Notes under the pieces: generated by a model
Databases searched by the model: none
What the model was told of the DNA's origin: nothing
The model's input: only the letters and a program-made list of their open reading frames with translations
Part shown: positions 13,504-26,856 of the stretch, piece after piece
Layout of the letters: each line of letters starts with the position of its first letter
Numbering within the stretch: the stretch's first letter is position 1
Translations under genes and position numbers: made by a program
From: Octopus vulgaris
Taxonomy: Eukaryota
Length of the DNA: 64,000 nucleotides
Direction of reading: 5' to 3'
NCBI GenBank assembly: GCA_951406725.2
Contig: OX597819.1
Coordinates: 37,138,001-37,202,000 of the forward strand

Positions 13504-13964
13504 GTGTGTTCATCTTTTATTTCTGAAGTACCGGCAGGAGTGTGCTGCACATGTGCCCAACCGACTTTGTTTCCTCATATCTTTCAGAAAAATGGATATT
13601 TCTTACTGGAATGTTCTACAAATTTACTTCAGATGGTAGTAGATTCCGATTATATCGGATAGAATAAGTATTAGGCTTACAAAGAATAAATCCTGGGGTC
13701 GATTTGTTCCACTAAAGGTGCTCCAGCAAACCAAAGAAACTAGTCGTTTGCGAAATTCTAAATCCATGAGAATAGGAGTAAGCAATTAGGAGCTAATGAA
13801 TATATTAATCAATTAGTTAATTAATCAATTAATTATTACAGCGGGTAACAATGCAGTTGAAAATCCCTTATCGGAGATGTAAAACTGTAATTTCGTAAAG
13901 TGGGACAATATTTACAGCTACTGTTAACGTATCGAAATTGGGTTTGTAAAATTAACTATTATTA

Positions 13965-14028
<64 letters not shown>

Positions 14029-14487
14029 CATCATCATCATCATCATCAATACCATCATTATTACGTTTAAGCTACTCTAAACATGAATATAATAGCATTT
14101 TGACAGCTCTGTATGTGTTAATGTTTCGATGTTTTAATCATAAACTTGTATAACCGTATAAATTATTGGCACACATTAAATTTATCGAACTGTTTGATTA
14201 TTTATTAATTATTTATTATTTCATTAATTTATAAACAACAAGTAATTAGACCTAGTTAATTTAAAAATTAGAAAGTTCATGAGTTATAACATGTGAAGTA
14301 GATTTACGACGAAGAGTCGAATACGGCATTCAGCAAATATATTTTATACTAGTGCCACATATGATAATTATTGTATACACTGCCATATAGTATGATTCGT
14401 ACAGTGCTTAATTTGTATGATGTTATATCTATATGAGGACATTTTATAAACAAACTCAGAAGAGTTGAATGGATTGGTATTTTCAGA

Positions 14488-15253
14488 GGTAAATTTCTGT
14501 ATTAACACCCGCACGATTTTCCCTAAGGAAAACAAAAAAACTCGGATCTTTTCGTGGAATCAAGTACCCTGACCTCATAATATGCTGCAAATCCCTTATT
14601 TTGGTTTGGAAAAAAGGTGGGGCGAGGGCCCCACCCCCATCCCGGAATAACTGAATTTTATTATTTTTTTTTCGTTGAATGAATTCCTGTGACCTCCTAA
14701 CATGCTACAAAACCCTTTTTAGGGTCCGAAAAACGGGGTGGGGTGAGGTGGGAGCCTCGGAAATTTCACCCCCATCCCCACTCCCATTGATCTTTTCACC
14801 TGCAAGAAAAATGTGGGGGAACCATCGTTTTTTTTTTTCGAACCAAAATAAGGGATTTGCAGCATATTAGAAGGTACTTGATTCCACGCAAAAAAATCTG
14901 AGTTTTTTTCCTTAGTGAAAATCGTGACCGTGAAAAGATCAATAAAGGGGTGAAATTTCCGGGGCTTCCACCTCACCCTACCCCGTTTTTCGGACCCAAA
15001 AAAAATGATTTTGTAGCATATTAGGCGGTCACAGGAATTCATTCAACGAAAAAAAAATTACAATGATTCCGGGATGGCAGGGGCGGGGGTCATCCACCTC
15101 ACCCACACATTTTTTCCGAACCAAAATAAGGGATTTGCGGTATATTAGGAGGTCAGGGTACTTAATGCCACGCAAAAAAATCCGAGTTTTTTCTTCTTTT
15201 TTTTTTTTTTCTTCTTAGTGAAAATCGTGCGGATGTTTATACAGAAATTTACC
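14488..15253. mobile_element. MITE family 2: Merlin-like foldback element with ~310-bp arms
   Basis: Ends ggtaaatttctgta / tacagaaatttacc; perfect 8-bp TSD ttttcaga; arms about 14488-14798 and 14930-15253. Confidence 0.9.
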
Positions 15254-15467
15254 TTTTCAGAGAAGAAACTAAATTTCAGACGCGAGATAGCTGTGAAAGC
15301 AGCCTAGAAAATTAGGTAAATACCTCTTGAAGACGGGAAAATGTTGCCAGCAGGCTTGCATTTAAGAGCTTCTATAACGTTATTTAGCTACTACATGTTA
15401 TATTTTACAGTACGATATTATCCAGGGCTAGGTAAACATGTGAAACTCCTCAATGCATAGAAATGAC

Positions 15468-15514
<47 letters not shown>

Positions 15515-15561
15515 TTTTTTTTCGTTGAATGAATTCCTGTGACCGCCTAATATGCTACAAA

Positions 15562-16095
15562 ATCTGTGGGACTTTCCAGTACATACAGACCGAACCATCA
15601 AGGCCAATAAACCAGATATTGTTGTGAAAGACCAAAAGAATGAAGTTTGCTTATTGATCGACATGAGCATCCCCTGTGATCATAATATCTCAGCGAAAGA
15701 GTTTGACAAGCTCAGAAAATATAAAGACCTACTCATTGAAATTGAGAAAATGTGGCATCTCAAGGCGGTTACAATACCAGTGATCGTAGGAGCACTAGGA
15801 ATGATCAAGAAGGGAACCGAAAATTATATGAGAATGATCCCTGGCTTACCATCCCTGCAAGAAGTGCAAAAGATTGTCTTAACTGGTACATCACACGTAT
15901 TGAGAAGAGCATTGTCGATGTGAGAACTGCTGCTGCTCATGTATTTTAATTTAACTTAAAAAAAAAAAAAAAAATGAACGAAATAATGAGTTTGGTTTAT
16001 TGGCCTACCAATGTATACTATGAGTTTCTTTGCCCTAGGAGTCGGGAAGACACTCGGCAAGAAATGGAAGCAAATTTGAAAGAAGAAAAAAAAAG
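15562..16095 (+). mobile_element. 5'-truncated R4/Dong-clade LINE: restriction-like endonuclease end plus 3' UTR
   Basis: Open frame to stop at 15923: LWDFPVHTDRTIKANKPDIVV...LIDMSIP...KYKDL...PVIVGALG; flanked by (TAA)n. Confidence 0.9.
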
Positions 16096-16120
16096 TAATA
16101 ATAATAATAATTATTATAAT

Positions 16121-16191
<71 letters not shown>

Positions 16192-16205
16192 TAATAATAA
16201 TAATA

Positions 16206-16622
16206 GTCAGTTGTTTGACCTTAACCAGTTGAGCATGTCCCTTAGTGGCTGACGATGTGTGCATCTCTGATCACAAGTAGAAGTAGTGGGGGAGCATCAT
16301 AGCCATGTGTTGAGAGGGATTCTTTGGGGTTTTAATAATTCACCTCTGGAAACATGGGTGTTTCATTCAACATCCTTAAACAACCCTTAATCAGGGACCT
16401 TTTGAGTGGGATGGGATACCCGACCAGAAGAAAATTCTAACTAGGCCCCACCCGCAAGGTCATGCGCTATTTATCTTGTTATGAGATCACCACGTCACGC
16501 ACATATGGTTGTGATGCATGTGCCTGATGTACCCTTATCAGACGGGTAGTCATGATGGGTATACTGGGCTTCGTATATTTTACCCCAGTGTCACTTTGAT
16601 GGCATGCACTGCTCTCTCACTC
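16206..16622 (+). mobile_element. (TAA)n-embedded ORF-less element, copy B (5'-truncated)
   Basis: Reverse complement of about 31897-32312; (TAA)n on both sides. Confidence 0.88.
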
Positions 16623-16667
16623 AATAATAATAATAATCATGATAATAATAATAATATTAATAATAAT

Positions 16668-16735
<68 letters not shown>

Positions 16736-16753
16736 GAATAATAAGAATAATAA

Positions 16754-17042
16754 CTCAGATACCAGGAAACTCCAAAATGGCAGAAATTCAAAAGATAGTG
16801 CTCATGGGAACTGCTCATATCCTACGCAAAATACTCTCTATGTAATCCCAAGGTTTAAAACAAACTTTTTTTATTTTTATTTTATTTATTTATTTATTTT
16901 TTTATGTATTAGACATTCACTAGTACAACACCAAAAAAAAAAAAACCCAAATATATGGCACAGAACTTCTAACCTGTTGTCTCTTGAGGTCTCTGGGTGA
17001 GACTTGGAGCCAACTTGTACAGACATAAAGCAAAAGTCAAAC

Positions 17043-17045
<3 letters not shown>
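16754..17045 (+). mobile_element. R4/Dong LINE extreme 3' end, second subfamily
   Basis: QIPGNSKMAEIQKIVLMGTAHILRKILSM* homologous to the end of the 15923 ORF; different UTR; (TAA)n flanks. Confidence 0.85.
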
Positions 17046-17112
<67 letters not shown>

Positions 17113-17113
<1 letters not shown>

Positions 17114-17622
17114 GTGAGAAGGGTGAAACGGTAAAGCACATCGTTAGCAAATGCCCGAAATTTGCACAAAGCAAATATAAAAGACGCCCTGACAATGTGG
17201 CAAGAATGATCCATTGGGAGTTATGTGGAAATCACGGCCGACAAAGAAAACAGCAGGAGTCACCGAGAATTAGAACTGCAAAATTCTGTGAGATGCAATG
17301 ATCCAGTGCGATCACCTGACCAGACATCGGAAACCGGACATTGTTGTAGTGAATAAAAAAGGGAAAAACCATGCATGATAATCGACATAGCATGCCCCGG
17401 TGATAAATGTGAAAGAAGTAGAATATTAAACAACTGTGACAATTTGAAGTGGGAAACAGGAAGGTTGTGATGAATGAGGATAGTAGACGTAATACTAATA
17501 GTAATTGGTGCACTTGAAAGTATCAGTACTCAACTACCAACATGGTTGAAAAACGACTGGTGCAAGTGTGAAGGTAGAACACCTACAAAAATTAGCATTG
17601 CTTGGAACTGTAAGAATTCTTA
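17113..17622 (+). mobile_element. R4/Dong LINE fragment (zinc knuckle plus endonuclease), third subfamily, degenerate
   Basis: GEKGETVKHIVSKC...NVARMIHWELCG; RKPDIVVVN; IIDIACP; ALLGTVRIL; begins directly after (TAA)n. Confidence 0.85.
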
Positions 17623-18855
17623 GCATAGGCGCAGGAGTGGGGTTAGGGTTAATGTAATGAACTATATCTGACACACTAAAGCATCAGATACATACCTTTG
17701 CATTATCCGGCGTATTAAATGAATTTGTATTGCGGCAATCCATAGATTTTGTCAAGAAAGTCTATCTATTTGTCTCTTAAATCACACCAAATATATATAT
17801 ATATATGCACGTTTGCCTAGGCACAGAAACGGCTATGTAGTTAAGAAGTTTATATCACAACCATGTGGTTCTGGATTCGATCTTACTGATCGGCACTTGG
17901 ATGGAATTGTGAAGAAGCCTGCTGTATATGTGTGTGTGTTGTAGGGGTGTGTGTTGTATGAGTGTGTGTGTTGTGTGAGTGTGTATTGTATGAATGTGCG
18001 TTTGTATATGTGTGGTGTGTGTTTATGGCTACACCTATATAAATATCAGTGTTGTTGTTTATATTGTTATCAAATCATCGGCGTCAGCGTGCGTCTTGAA
18101 ACCAAAATGTAAGACAATAAGAGAACTTTATCAAAACGTATCCCGACTTCAACGTTATGTACATCATCCACAACTATATGCTAGTTCTTAATTTGCTATC
18201 TCTGACATATATCGTTCCTGAGCACTTACTAAGCTATGGCTTCATATTTGCCAGCAAAAAAAGAATGGCTCATTGACAGATATTGAATATTTCATTATAT
18301 GATAAATGATATTATGTTCTTCAATAGCTCTTAACTAAACAATATCCGAACTTATCTTGATCATAAGATACCATTATCTGCATAGGATCGTACTTCATAA
18401 TCGAAACACACCAAATAGAAATGTCATCGTTTATCTGTCTGATCGCTGGAATTTAGCAACATCAAAATCTCACAAGTAATTAGGCAAGAAACGTATTCAA
18501 CATGATGCTCGATGTCTACTTGTTTATCGTCAACGTACATTATTCGTCGGAAAGCCTCTCTCTCTCGCTGTATTTACTTGATCGCAAGTCCGGGCAGTAA
18601 GTAAATTTATGATAAGAGCAACGGCAATGTAAATGCATTTCTGAAGTTGTCCATTATTCAATAAACGATACTGATTGACAGTCATCAACCATTAAAAACA
18701 ACGGCTTCAAATAGAAATAGATATTTTTATTAATCGAGATTTAATCGAAGAAGAAATTTATTTTAGAAATGGAGAAAATTGAATTAAATTAATGGAAGTC
18801 TAATTTTTATTGATTAACAATATTATTGAGGCTATCAAAGCAGATTAGAGATATA

Positions 18856-19507
18856 CAGGGTTATTGAAAAAGAATGAACCGATATCATTACGCAATATTT
18901 TGATAAAGAAAAGCAATAGAAAACTTCAGCTAAGTCACAAGTATTTACTCACAATCAACTTTTATTTCCTGTCTTACAAGTTTTTAATGTGGCCACCACC
19001 TGCAACACAGGCAACATCAGTGCGATAAGAGAATTCCTCTCAGACGTGTAACAACATATCACGATCCACTGAGTCGAAAAAGATTCCCCTAAGCATGAAA
19101 GAGATTGCCCTAAGGTGAACATCTTCTGTGCTGCGTCTCAGGACAAGGTTTATTGTCCCTTTTCCTGTGAAGGAAACACCGTTAGAGGACACCTGTCTCG
19201 ATATGCACCAAAAGCCACACTTCACTTCACTGCAAGAAGATTCGAACGGCTTCCTTCATTTTTCAACAAGATGGAGCATCGTGCCTTTGGTAACTGATGG
19301 TTCGAGCTTTTTTTAATGAAAAAGTGACCTCAGCAATGGATTGGTCGGAGAAGGACCCAAGGCCTTGCTCTTTGTGTTTGGCCTGCGAAATCCCCAGACC
19401 TCACTATGTGCGATATTTTTCTTGTGGGGATATGTAAAAGATAGCGTTTATATTCCACCGCTACCCACTAACCTCGATGACCTTAAACATCGAATAACAA
19501 CTCAGTG
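18856..19507. mobile_element. Tc1/mariner fossil (rosa/DD41D-like) with internal inversion
   Basis: + strand FQQDGA, WPAKSPDLT, FFLWGYVKDSVY...LKHRIT; C-terminus SVDRDML...GGGHIKNL* and TIR-like end on the - strand at 18856-19074. Confidence 0.8.
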
Positions 19508-19728
19508 TTCTTACAGCTATCACTGTAAGAACACTATCACGTTTTACAGAAGAAAAAGAGGAAAATCGATTCAATCAAAGACAGTTTCTTACTTGTACTC
19601 CTTTTATCGACGACAAATAAATGATGAAGGGTAAAATCAACAACAGTAGGATCTAAAGTCAGAATATAGGGCATTAACATGGCCATTTTAATGCATTTAG
19701 TATTGACATTCAATATATCAATCATCTG

Positions 19729-20290
19729 AAGGCAGCGAGCTGGCAGAATCGTTAGCATGCCGGGAAAATGCTTTGCGGCATTTCGCTCGTCTTTACGTTG
19801 AGTTCAAATTCTGCCAAGGCTGACTTTGCCGGTCATCATTTCGGGGTTCATACAATAAGTACCAATTTCTTTATTACCCACAAGGGTCTAAACACAGAGG
19901 GGACAAACAAGGACAGACATAGGTATTAAGTCGATTACATCGACCCCAGTGCGTAACTGGTACTTAATTTATCGACCCCGAAAGGATGAAAGGCAAAGTC
20001 GACCTCGGCGGAATTTGAACTCACAACGTAACGCAGACGAAATACCGCTAAGCATTTCGCCCGGCGTGCTAACGTTTCTGCCAGCTCGCCGCCTTTCATA
20101 CAATGAGATAATTAATATTTTGGTCTCAAATTCTAGCACAAGGCCAGCAATATTGAGGGAAGCTTATGACATCGATCCCAGTGTTCAACTGGTACTCATA
20201 CAATGAGTACCAGTTGAACACTGGGATCGATGTCATAAGCTTCCCTCAAAATTGCTGGCCTTGTGTCAGAATTTGAGACCAAAATATTAT
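19729..20290 (+). mobile_element. Older SINE A split by a young antisense SINE A and an inverted duplication
   Basis: 5' half at 19729-19864, 3' half at 20196-20290. Confidence 0.75.
19866..20094 (-). mobile_element. Young full-length SINE A
   Basis: Complete head to tail (...ttgtgggtaataaagaaa on the - strand); target duplication tcatacaat(a/g)ag. Confidence 0.9.
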
Positions 20291-20298
20291 TCATCTCA
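20104..20298. repeat. Near-perfect palindrome, 96-bp arms and 3-nt loop
   Basis: ...ggtactcat aca atgagtacc...; about 5 mismatches, inner ~47 bp perfect. Confidence 0.95.
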
Positions 20299-20689
20299 AG
20301 TCAAATCGTTCTTGTAGAATTACCGCCGTTGACACAACTGAAATGTTTACCCATCATTTCCACTCCTCTTAGTCAGGAACTTATTTTTATGCATTCGACC
20401 AGGGTGGTATAGAATTAAATATGACATTAATTTCCATTTCTATGTCATTGGACTTGGTAATCCTGGTGATACCATCTACTCCCCTGCTTATGATTGTCGT
20501 TGACTATCAAGGAGCTTATGCATCTTTGGTAGGTTTTATTATTCTAAATTCTGCAGGTTGCCGAGGGACACCTTCCTCAGTGGAAAAACTCAAAAAGAGC
20601 CAATTCGGTTGCCGACCACCCAACCATGAACTGGTGGAATTGGATCACATGTTTATCATCAACATTTCATTAATTAAATATATGAACTA

Positions 20690-20882
20690 TAGGTTTCAAA
20701 TTTCGACTTTAGGACCAGCAATTTCGGGTGTGGGAAGTCTATTACATCGACTAGTATTTATTTTATCGACCTCGAAAGGATAAAAGGCAAAGTTGATCTC
20801 GGCGGAATTTGAGAACGTAAATACGGACGAAATGCCGCTAAGCATTTTGCTCGGCGTGCTAACGATTCTGCCAGCTCGCCAC
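20690..20882 (-). mobile_element. SINE family A
   Basis: ttatcgacctcgaaaggataaaaggcaaagttgatctcggcgg...ccagctcgcc. Further degenerate copies near 45110, 46830, 47640, 49700, 49980, 54170. Confidence 0.8.
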
Positions 20883-21714
20883 CTGATATTGATTTATAGA
20901 ATTGAAGCAGAACCACGAATTTGAAGGAAGGATTAGTCGTGTATATTACCATCAGTACTTGACTGGTCCGTTATTTTATTAACTGCCTTAAAGATTGACC
21001 CCATCCACACACCATCTGCAGAGGTTTTTGTTTTAAAAAAAACTCAGAACGTAAAAGAAAATAAAAGAAAATAACTCAAATACCACAGGGCATTTTGCCC
21101 AACGTTCTATCGATTCTGTCAGTCGAAATTCTTCATCACTGTATAAGCAAAATGGAAGAGAGGAAATATGTCGGGAAGATTTCTGTAAACTACAAGATAC
21201 GCTAAAAGTTATAGCCGTCACTCGTAAACGATAAGGATCTGGCAGCATCTACTATGCTTTCACTAATTACTTTAGATACCTATGTCGTTCTGAACAAGCT
21301 TAGATACTCTCTTGGCTGTCTCCTCAATTGTTCTACGAGAACATCGATAATGTGATAGCTGGTCGAGGAGAGAAAGCTACAACAACATTTTTAATTGACT
21401 AGACTAGAGCAACGTGAAAGGAAGTGCTTTGCTCAAGGACACAGAGTGCTCTTGCTCCAGGAATCGAACCAACGAATACGACAGTGCCTCATGTATCTAA
21501 AGTACTAAAGTGAACTTCGAACTAAGATAATCCAAGCAATTAGTACACCTAGAAGGAAAGCAACTCCCGAAGGGATATTTAGAATCTAAAAAAAAAATAC
21601 AACACAAGGGAAATAACTTCAATATAATAAACAGATCGAAATAGCCAAACATCAGTTTTCTCAAATTTCAGTAAAACGTTCTACTCTGTATACAACACTG
21701 AGAACAATCAATAC

Positions 21715-21776
<62 letters not shown>

Positions 21777-22579
21777 ATTCATACATACACGCACATACAC
21801 ATGTATACACACACACACACAAATATACACACAAATATATATATACGCATGATATATACATATCTACGTATACCTATATATGTGTAGATGTGTGTATGTA
21901 TTTATGTATGTATGTATGTATGTATGTATGTATGTATGTATGTATGTATGTATGTATGTATACATGCATGCATGTGTGTATGTATGTATGTATGTATGTA
22001 TGTATGTATGTATGTATGTATGTACGTATGTAAAGTAGTTATGTTGGTTGCGAAATATCAGCAATATATGACTGAGGGGGAAAATATTTCAGAAAAACGT
22101 TTTCTGCATATTAATATAAATAACGGCTGAATCTCCCATAGTGAGATTCATAGTATTAGTACTAGACTATAACTCCCTCTAGCGGTGTTTAAAATCAATT
22201 TGTACGTTAGCAGGCAACGTTCTTTGCCATATTCTTTCAATAAAAAGTTTTTATAACAATGACCAGAAAGCACATAATTTCCATCACAACCCCATATACT
22301 ATATATATAGTGTTGAAAATCTAATGTGAAACCGGTCAAGTATATTCCTATATTTAAAAATCAAATTACATCCTGTAACTCCGTCTAGAATTGAGGCGAA
22401 AGAAATGACTCCAGTACGATGACCTTTATATATGTGTATATATGTTTTTGAATGGGTGTGTGTATGTGTCCGTGTGTGTGTGTCCCCGTTTAAGTGTGTG
22501 ATTGTGAGCATATGTGAATGTGTGTCTGGAATGAACCGTGAGAGAAACTCAGCCCTTAAGTTACTTTTGCAACTTAATG

Positions 22580-22729
22580 ACTTCCTAACCACATGGTTCC
22601 GGGTTCAGTCCCACGCAGTGGACATGTGTCTTCTATTATAGCCTCGAGCCGTCCAATGCCTTGAGACTGGATTTGATAGACGGAAACTGAAAGAGGCCCG
22701 TCGTGTGTATATACATACACACACGCACA

Positions 22730-22807
<78 letters not shown>

Positions 22808-23080
22808 GTGTTTGTGTATATATATGTATGTATGCATGTATGTATATATTTATGTATGTCTCTCTGTCTGTCTTTGTACCCTCGCCATCGCTTGACACAG
22901 CCGATGTTAGTATGTTCATGTCCCCGTAACTTAGCGGTTCTGCAAAAGAGACCAATAGAATAAATGCTAATCTTACAAAGAATCAGTTCTGGTGTCGATT
23001 TCTTCGATTACAACCCTTCGAGACGGGTCCCCAGCATGGCTGCAGTCAAATGACTGGAACAAGTAAAAGAATAAAAGAAT
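22580..23080 (+). mobile_element. SINE family B (tRNA-like head, core, internal microsatellite, 3' module)
   Basis: ccacatggttccgggttcagtccc...gacggaaactgaaagagg, then CA/TA repeats, then cgcttgaca...cagcatggctgcagtcaaatgac. Confidence 0.85.
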
Positions 23081-23553
23081 ATTCGAGTATTGAGTTCTAT
23101 ATCTCCTGTTTGTCCCAACAAACCTGTATTTACACCTGACATAAAACGAGAGATAAAACAGAATAAAATAAATATCACTCCTTCATATCTCTTTTCTCTA
23201 ACTGTTATATTACTTGCTCAGTGGAGAAAAACTTACTTGGCCTTCTTGCGCGAGTGTCTCGTGAGCTTAGCGTATGAACGTTGACCAATCAATTTGTACG
23301 TTAACGGAGAACGTTCTGAGCTATATTCTTTCTTTAAAAACAGTTTTTTTTTATAACAATGACCAGATAAGACATAATTTGCGAAACAACTCCAAATACT
23401 ATATACAGTTTTGAAAATCTAGTTTGAAACCGGTCAAGTATATTCCCATATTTCAAAATCATATTAAATTCTAATTAATTCTAATATATTCTCAGCGCAT
23501 TTCGACTTCATTTCTTCTATTTCTATACTCCTCTTCTTTAGATTGATAACAAT

Positions 23554-23614
<61 letters not shown>

Positions 23615-23699
23615 TAAATTAGAGATAAAACCACTATTAGGCAACTCGAACAGTGATAGACATAAACCAAAACATAAAAAACAAAAATAAATGTAATTA

Positions 23700-23749
<50 letters not shown>

Positions 23750-23821
23750 ATAAAATTAAAAATTTAAATTATTAAAATTTTTTTAATTTAATTTTTTTTT
23801 TATATAACTAGCCAAAAAGTA

Positions 23822-23932
<111 letters not shown>

Positions 23933-24440
23933 CCTGTTAGTGTATATGTTTACAATTATGTGTTTTGACTATAGCATTATAGTATTTTAGCAATGCAGGT
24001 GATTCTAACACCCTAGTCATATTTGGTGACAATTATAGTTTTCCTTTTTGATAAAACATTGCAGACAGCTGTCTATACTAATTATACATATATAAGCCTC
24101 ACCGTTTGCTTTTACTGTTTTGTCCTCACTGCCCTGTTCTTGTAACCACTTTCACCCTCCTGCTTTGCGGGAAGGACTGTTTCAACGAAGTCGCGACTTG
24201 TTCCTACCTTCGTAAGGCGGAGTAGATGAAACAGGGACAACTGAAGAAGGGGAATATTCTTTATGTTATATGTCTCGTTTCTCTGGGGTTTTTTTGTTGT
24301 TCGAAAAAAAGGTCGTTTCTATGTTTTTGTTTTTATGTTTTCGTTTCTCATTGTGTTCAACGTTTTTTGATGTCCTGTACCCATATGTGCATATACATAT
24401 ACATATATGTGTGTATATATGCATATAATTATATATTATT

Positions 24441-24542
<102 letters not shown>

Positions 24543-24804
24543 ATATGAAAGTCATTCATATATATATATGGTCATTTTTATGTTTCCCTTTACCAAATCC
24601 ACTCACAAGACTTTGGTGGGCCCGGTTTTATTGTAGAAGACACTTACCCAAGGTACCATGGAAATTAACTAAACCTGGAACGATGTGGATGAGAAACAAA
24701 CTTCTTACCACACACCCACGAGTGCATGTGTGTGTGTATGTGTGTGTGTGTCTGTTTGTGTATGTGTGTGGCATGTACAAATAGACAGGCAGACAGACAC
24801 ATAG

Positions 24805-24908
<104 letters not shown>

Positions 24909-25144
24909 ACAGGCTCACGTCCCTGAATTTTGAAAGAGGAGACAGACAATTGATAGAGCATTGAACTTTAACTTATACATATGGTATGGAATAGAGAATG
25001 ATGAAGGTGAATAGATTAATATAATCTCCACATTTTGCTTATTTTGATTTTAATCTCCTTATTTTGAAACTGTATGGATAATACCGTACTAAATTCTGGT
25101 GCCTCAACTTAAGTACCTAATTCATCTGAATCTAAATTTTTGCT

Positions 25145-25179
<35 letters not shown>

Positions 25180-25241
25180 TATATATACTTAGATAAACTT
25201 AGATATGTTTCGACCAAAGATTGTTCCAGGCCATGTCTAAC

Positions 25242-25308
<67 letters not shown>

Positions 25309-25489
25309 GTTAAGCAACAAATTACTTCACCACATACCGAAAATTTAGAAATAGCAGCCAAAGACAGCTCATTCCTTTTTACAACAGATATTACTCCACA
25401 GATAACAATATTTGTAACTCACATAGGCAAAAAGAAGGAAAATAACGTCAAACAGTCTTCGAATAATTACGGACGCGTTTCTGGGTTAG

Positions 25490-25545
<56 letters not shown>

Positions 25546-26780
25546 GACGGGCTACTTTCACTTTTCATTTTCTAACTCCACTCACAAGGCGCTGCGGTCG
25601 GGTCGGAGCTATAGGAGAAAACGCTTTCCCAAAATGCCACGCAATGCGACTGAACTGGGACCCATATGGTTAGTACACAAACTTCTTGTCACACAGCTAC
25701 ACCTGCACCTTTTTTTTAATCTCCCGGCACTCATCTATGGTTGAAGCTTCTAATCGCTTTTATATTCTTATGTAGGATGTTCTCGAAGGCATAGACCTTT
25801 TTTTTACTTTTTTTTTTTGCACCTTTGTAATGCTTTCTTTAATTTCTTTAATTCGGCGAAACACTTTCTATGGTAACATTGATAATTACAATAAAGCTGA
25901 GGGAAGAAATAACTCAGAGGCGCGTTCTGCTTACTAAATATCGATACTGTAATATAGTAAATTGAAAAACTTCGATCATTTGAAATGATCCAAGCAGTTA
26001 ATAGACAAAATCTCCCTTTAGTGCTGTTTAAAATCTAAAACGATAGCGAATGGGGATAGCTCTACTAAAAAGTATTGATCAAAATCTTTCGAACAATATA
26101 CACAATGTGGAATGGAATGGTTGCTTATATTCATCTCAATGCTCATATTTTTTCTGTAGAATAATCCGATTTAACCAGAAAATTCTGAATTATGCATCTT
26201 CGAAATTCTTTCAGATATTTATTAACAAGCTTCCATTCTGTTAACAACGGTAATGTAAAATTTCTAGTTATGAAGAAGGAATACTTTCCAATTATAACAA
26301 ACATATTCACAACATTTTTTTACTGAGTACTTTTATTTCTCGTTTATACACCAAACGTATAATTTCGATAATTTTCCATGTATGTTGTAACATAAAAGAA
26401 AATTATATATAATTTCGTACGAGCGAAGAAAGACTTCACTCGCTGATACTTCTATAATTTGATTTTATTTGATCCAGCCCAAGTTTATCTCAGAAGCTCT
26501 TTTACTAATGTAGTATCTGTCTAGGCTAATAACCGGAAGCTTTTCGAAATCTACTGATTCTATTTTAACATCTCGTTCTTTTATCAGTTTTATCTATTAT
26601 ATTTCTTGACCTTCTCTTCGTGAGTTATGCTTTATGGATTCAAACATACACATATAGATATACATACATACATACATACATACATACATTATACATGTGT
26701 GTATACAGATAGATATGCATGTGTAAATACACACATACGCGTGCGCATATATATATGTGCAATTGTGTGTGTGTACGTAC

Positions 26781-26856
<76 letters not shown>

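Noticed and set aside
26050-26600. Possible hAT remnant
   Set aside because: Only a faint motif resemblance; cannot be supported without a search.
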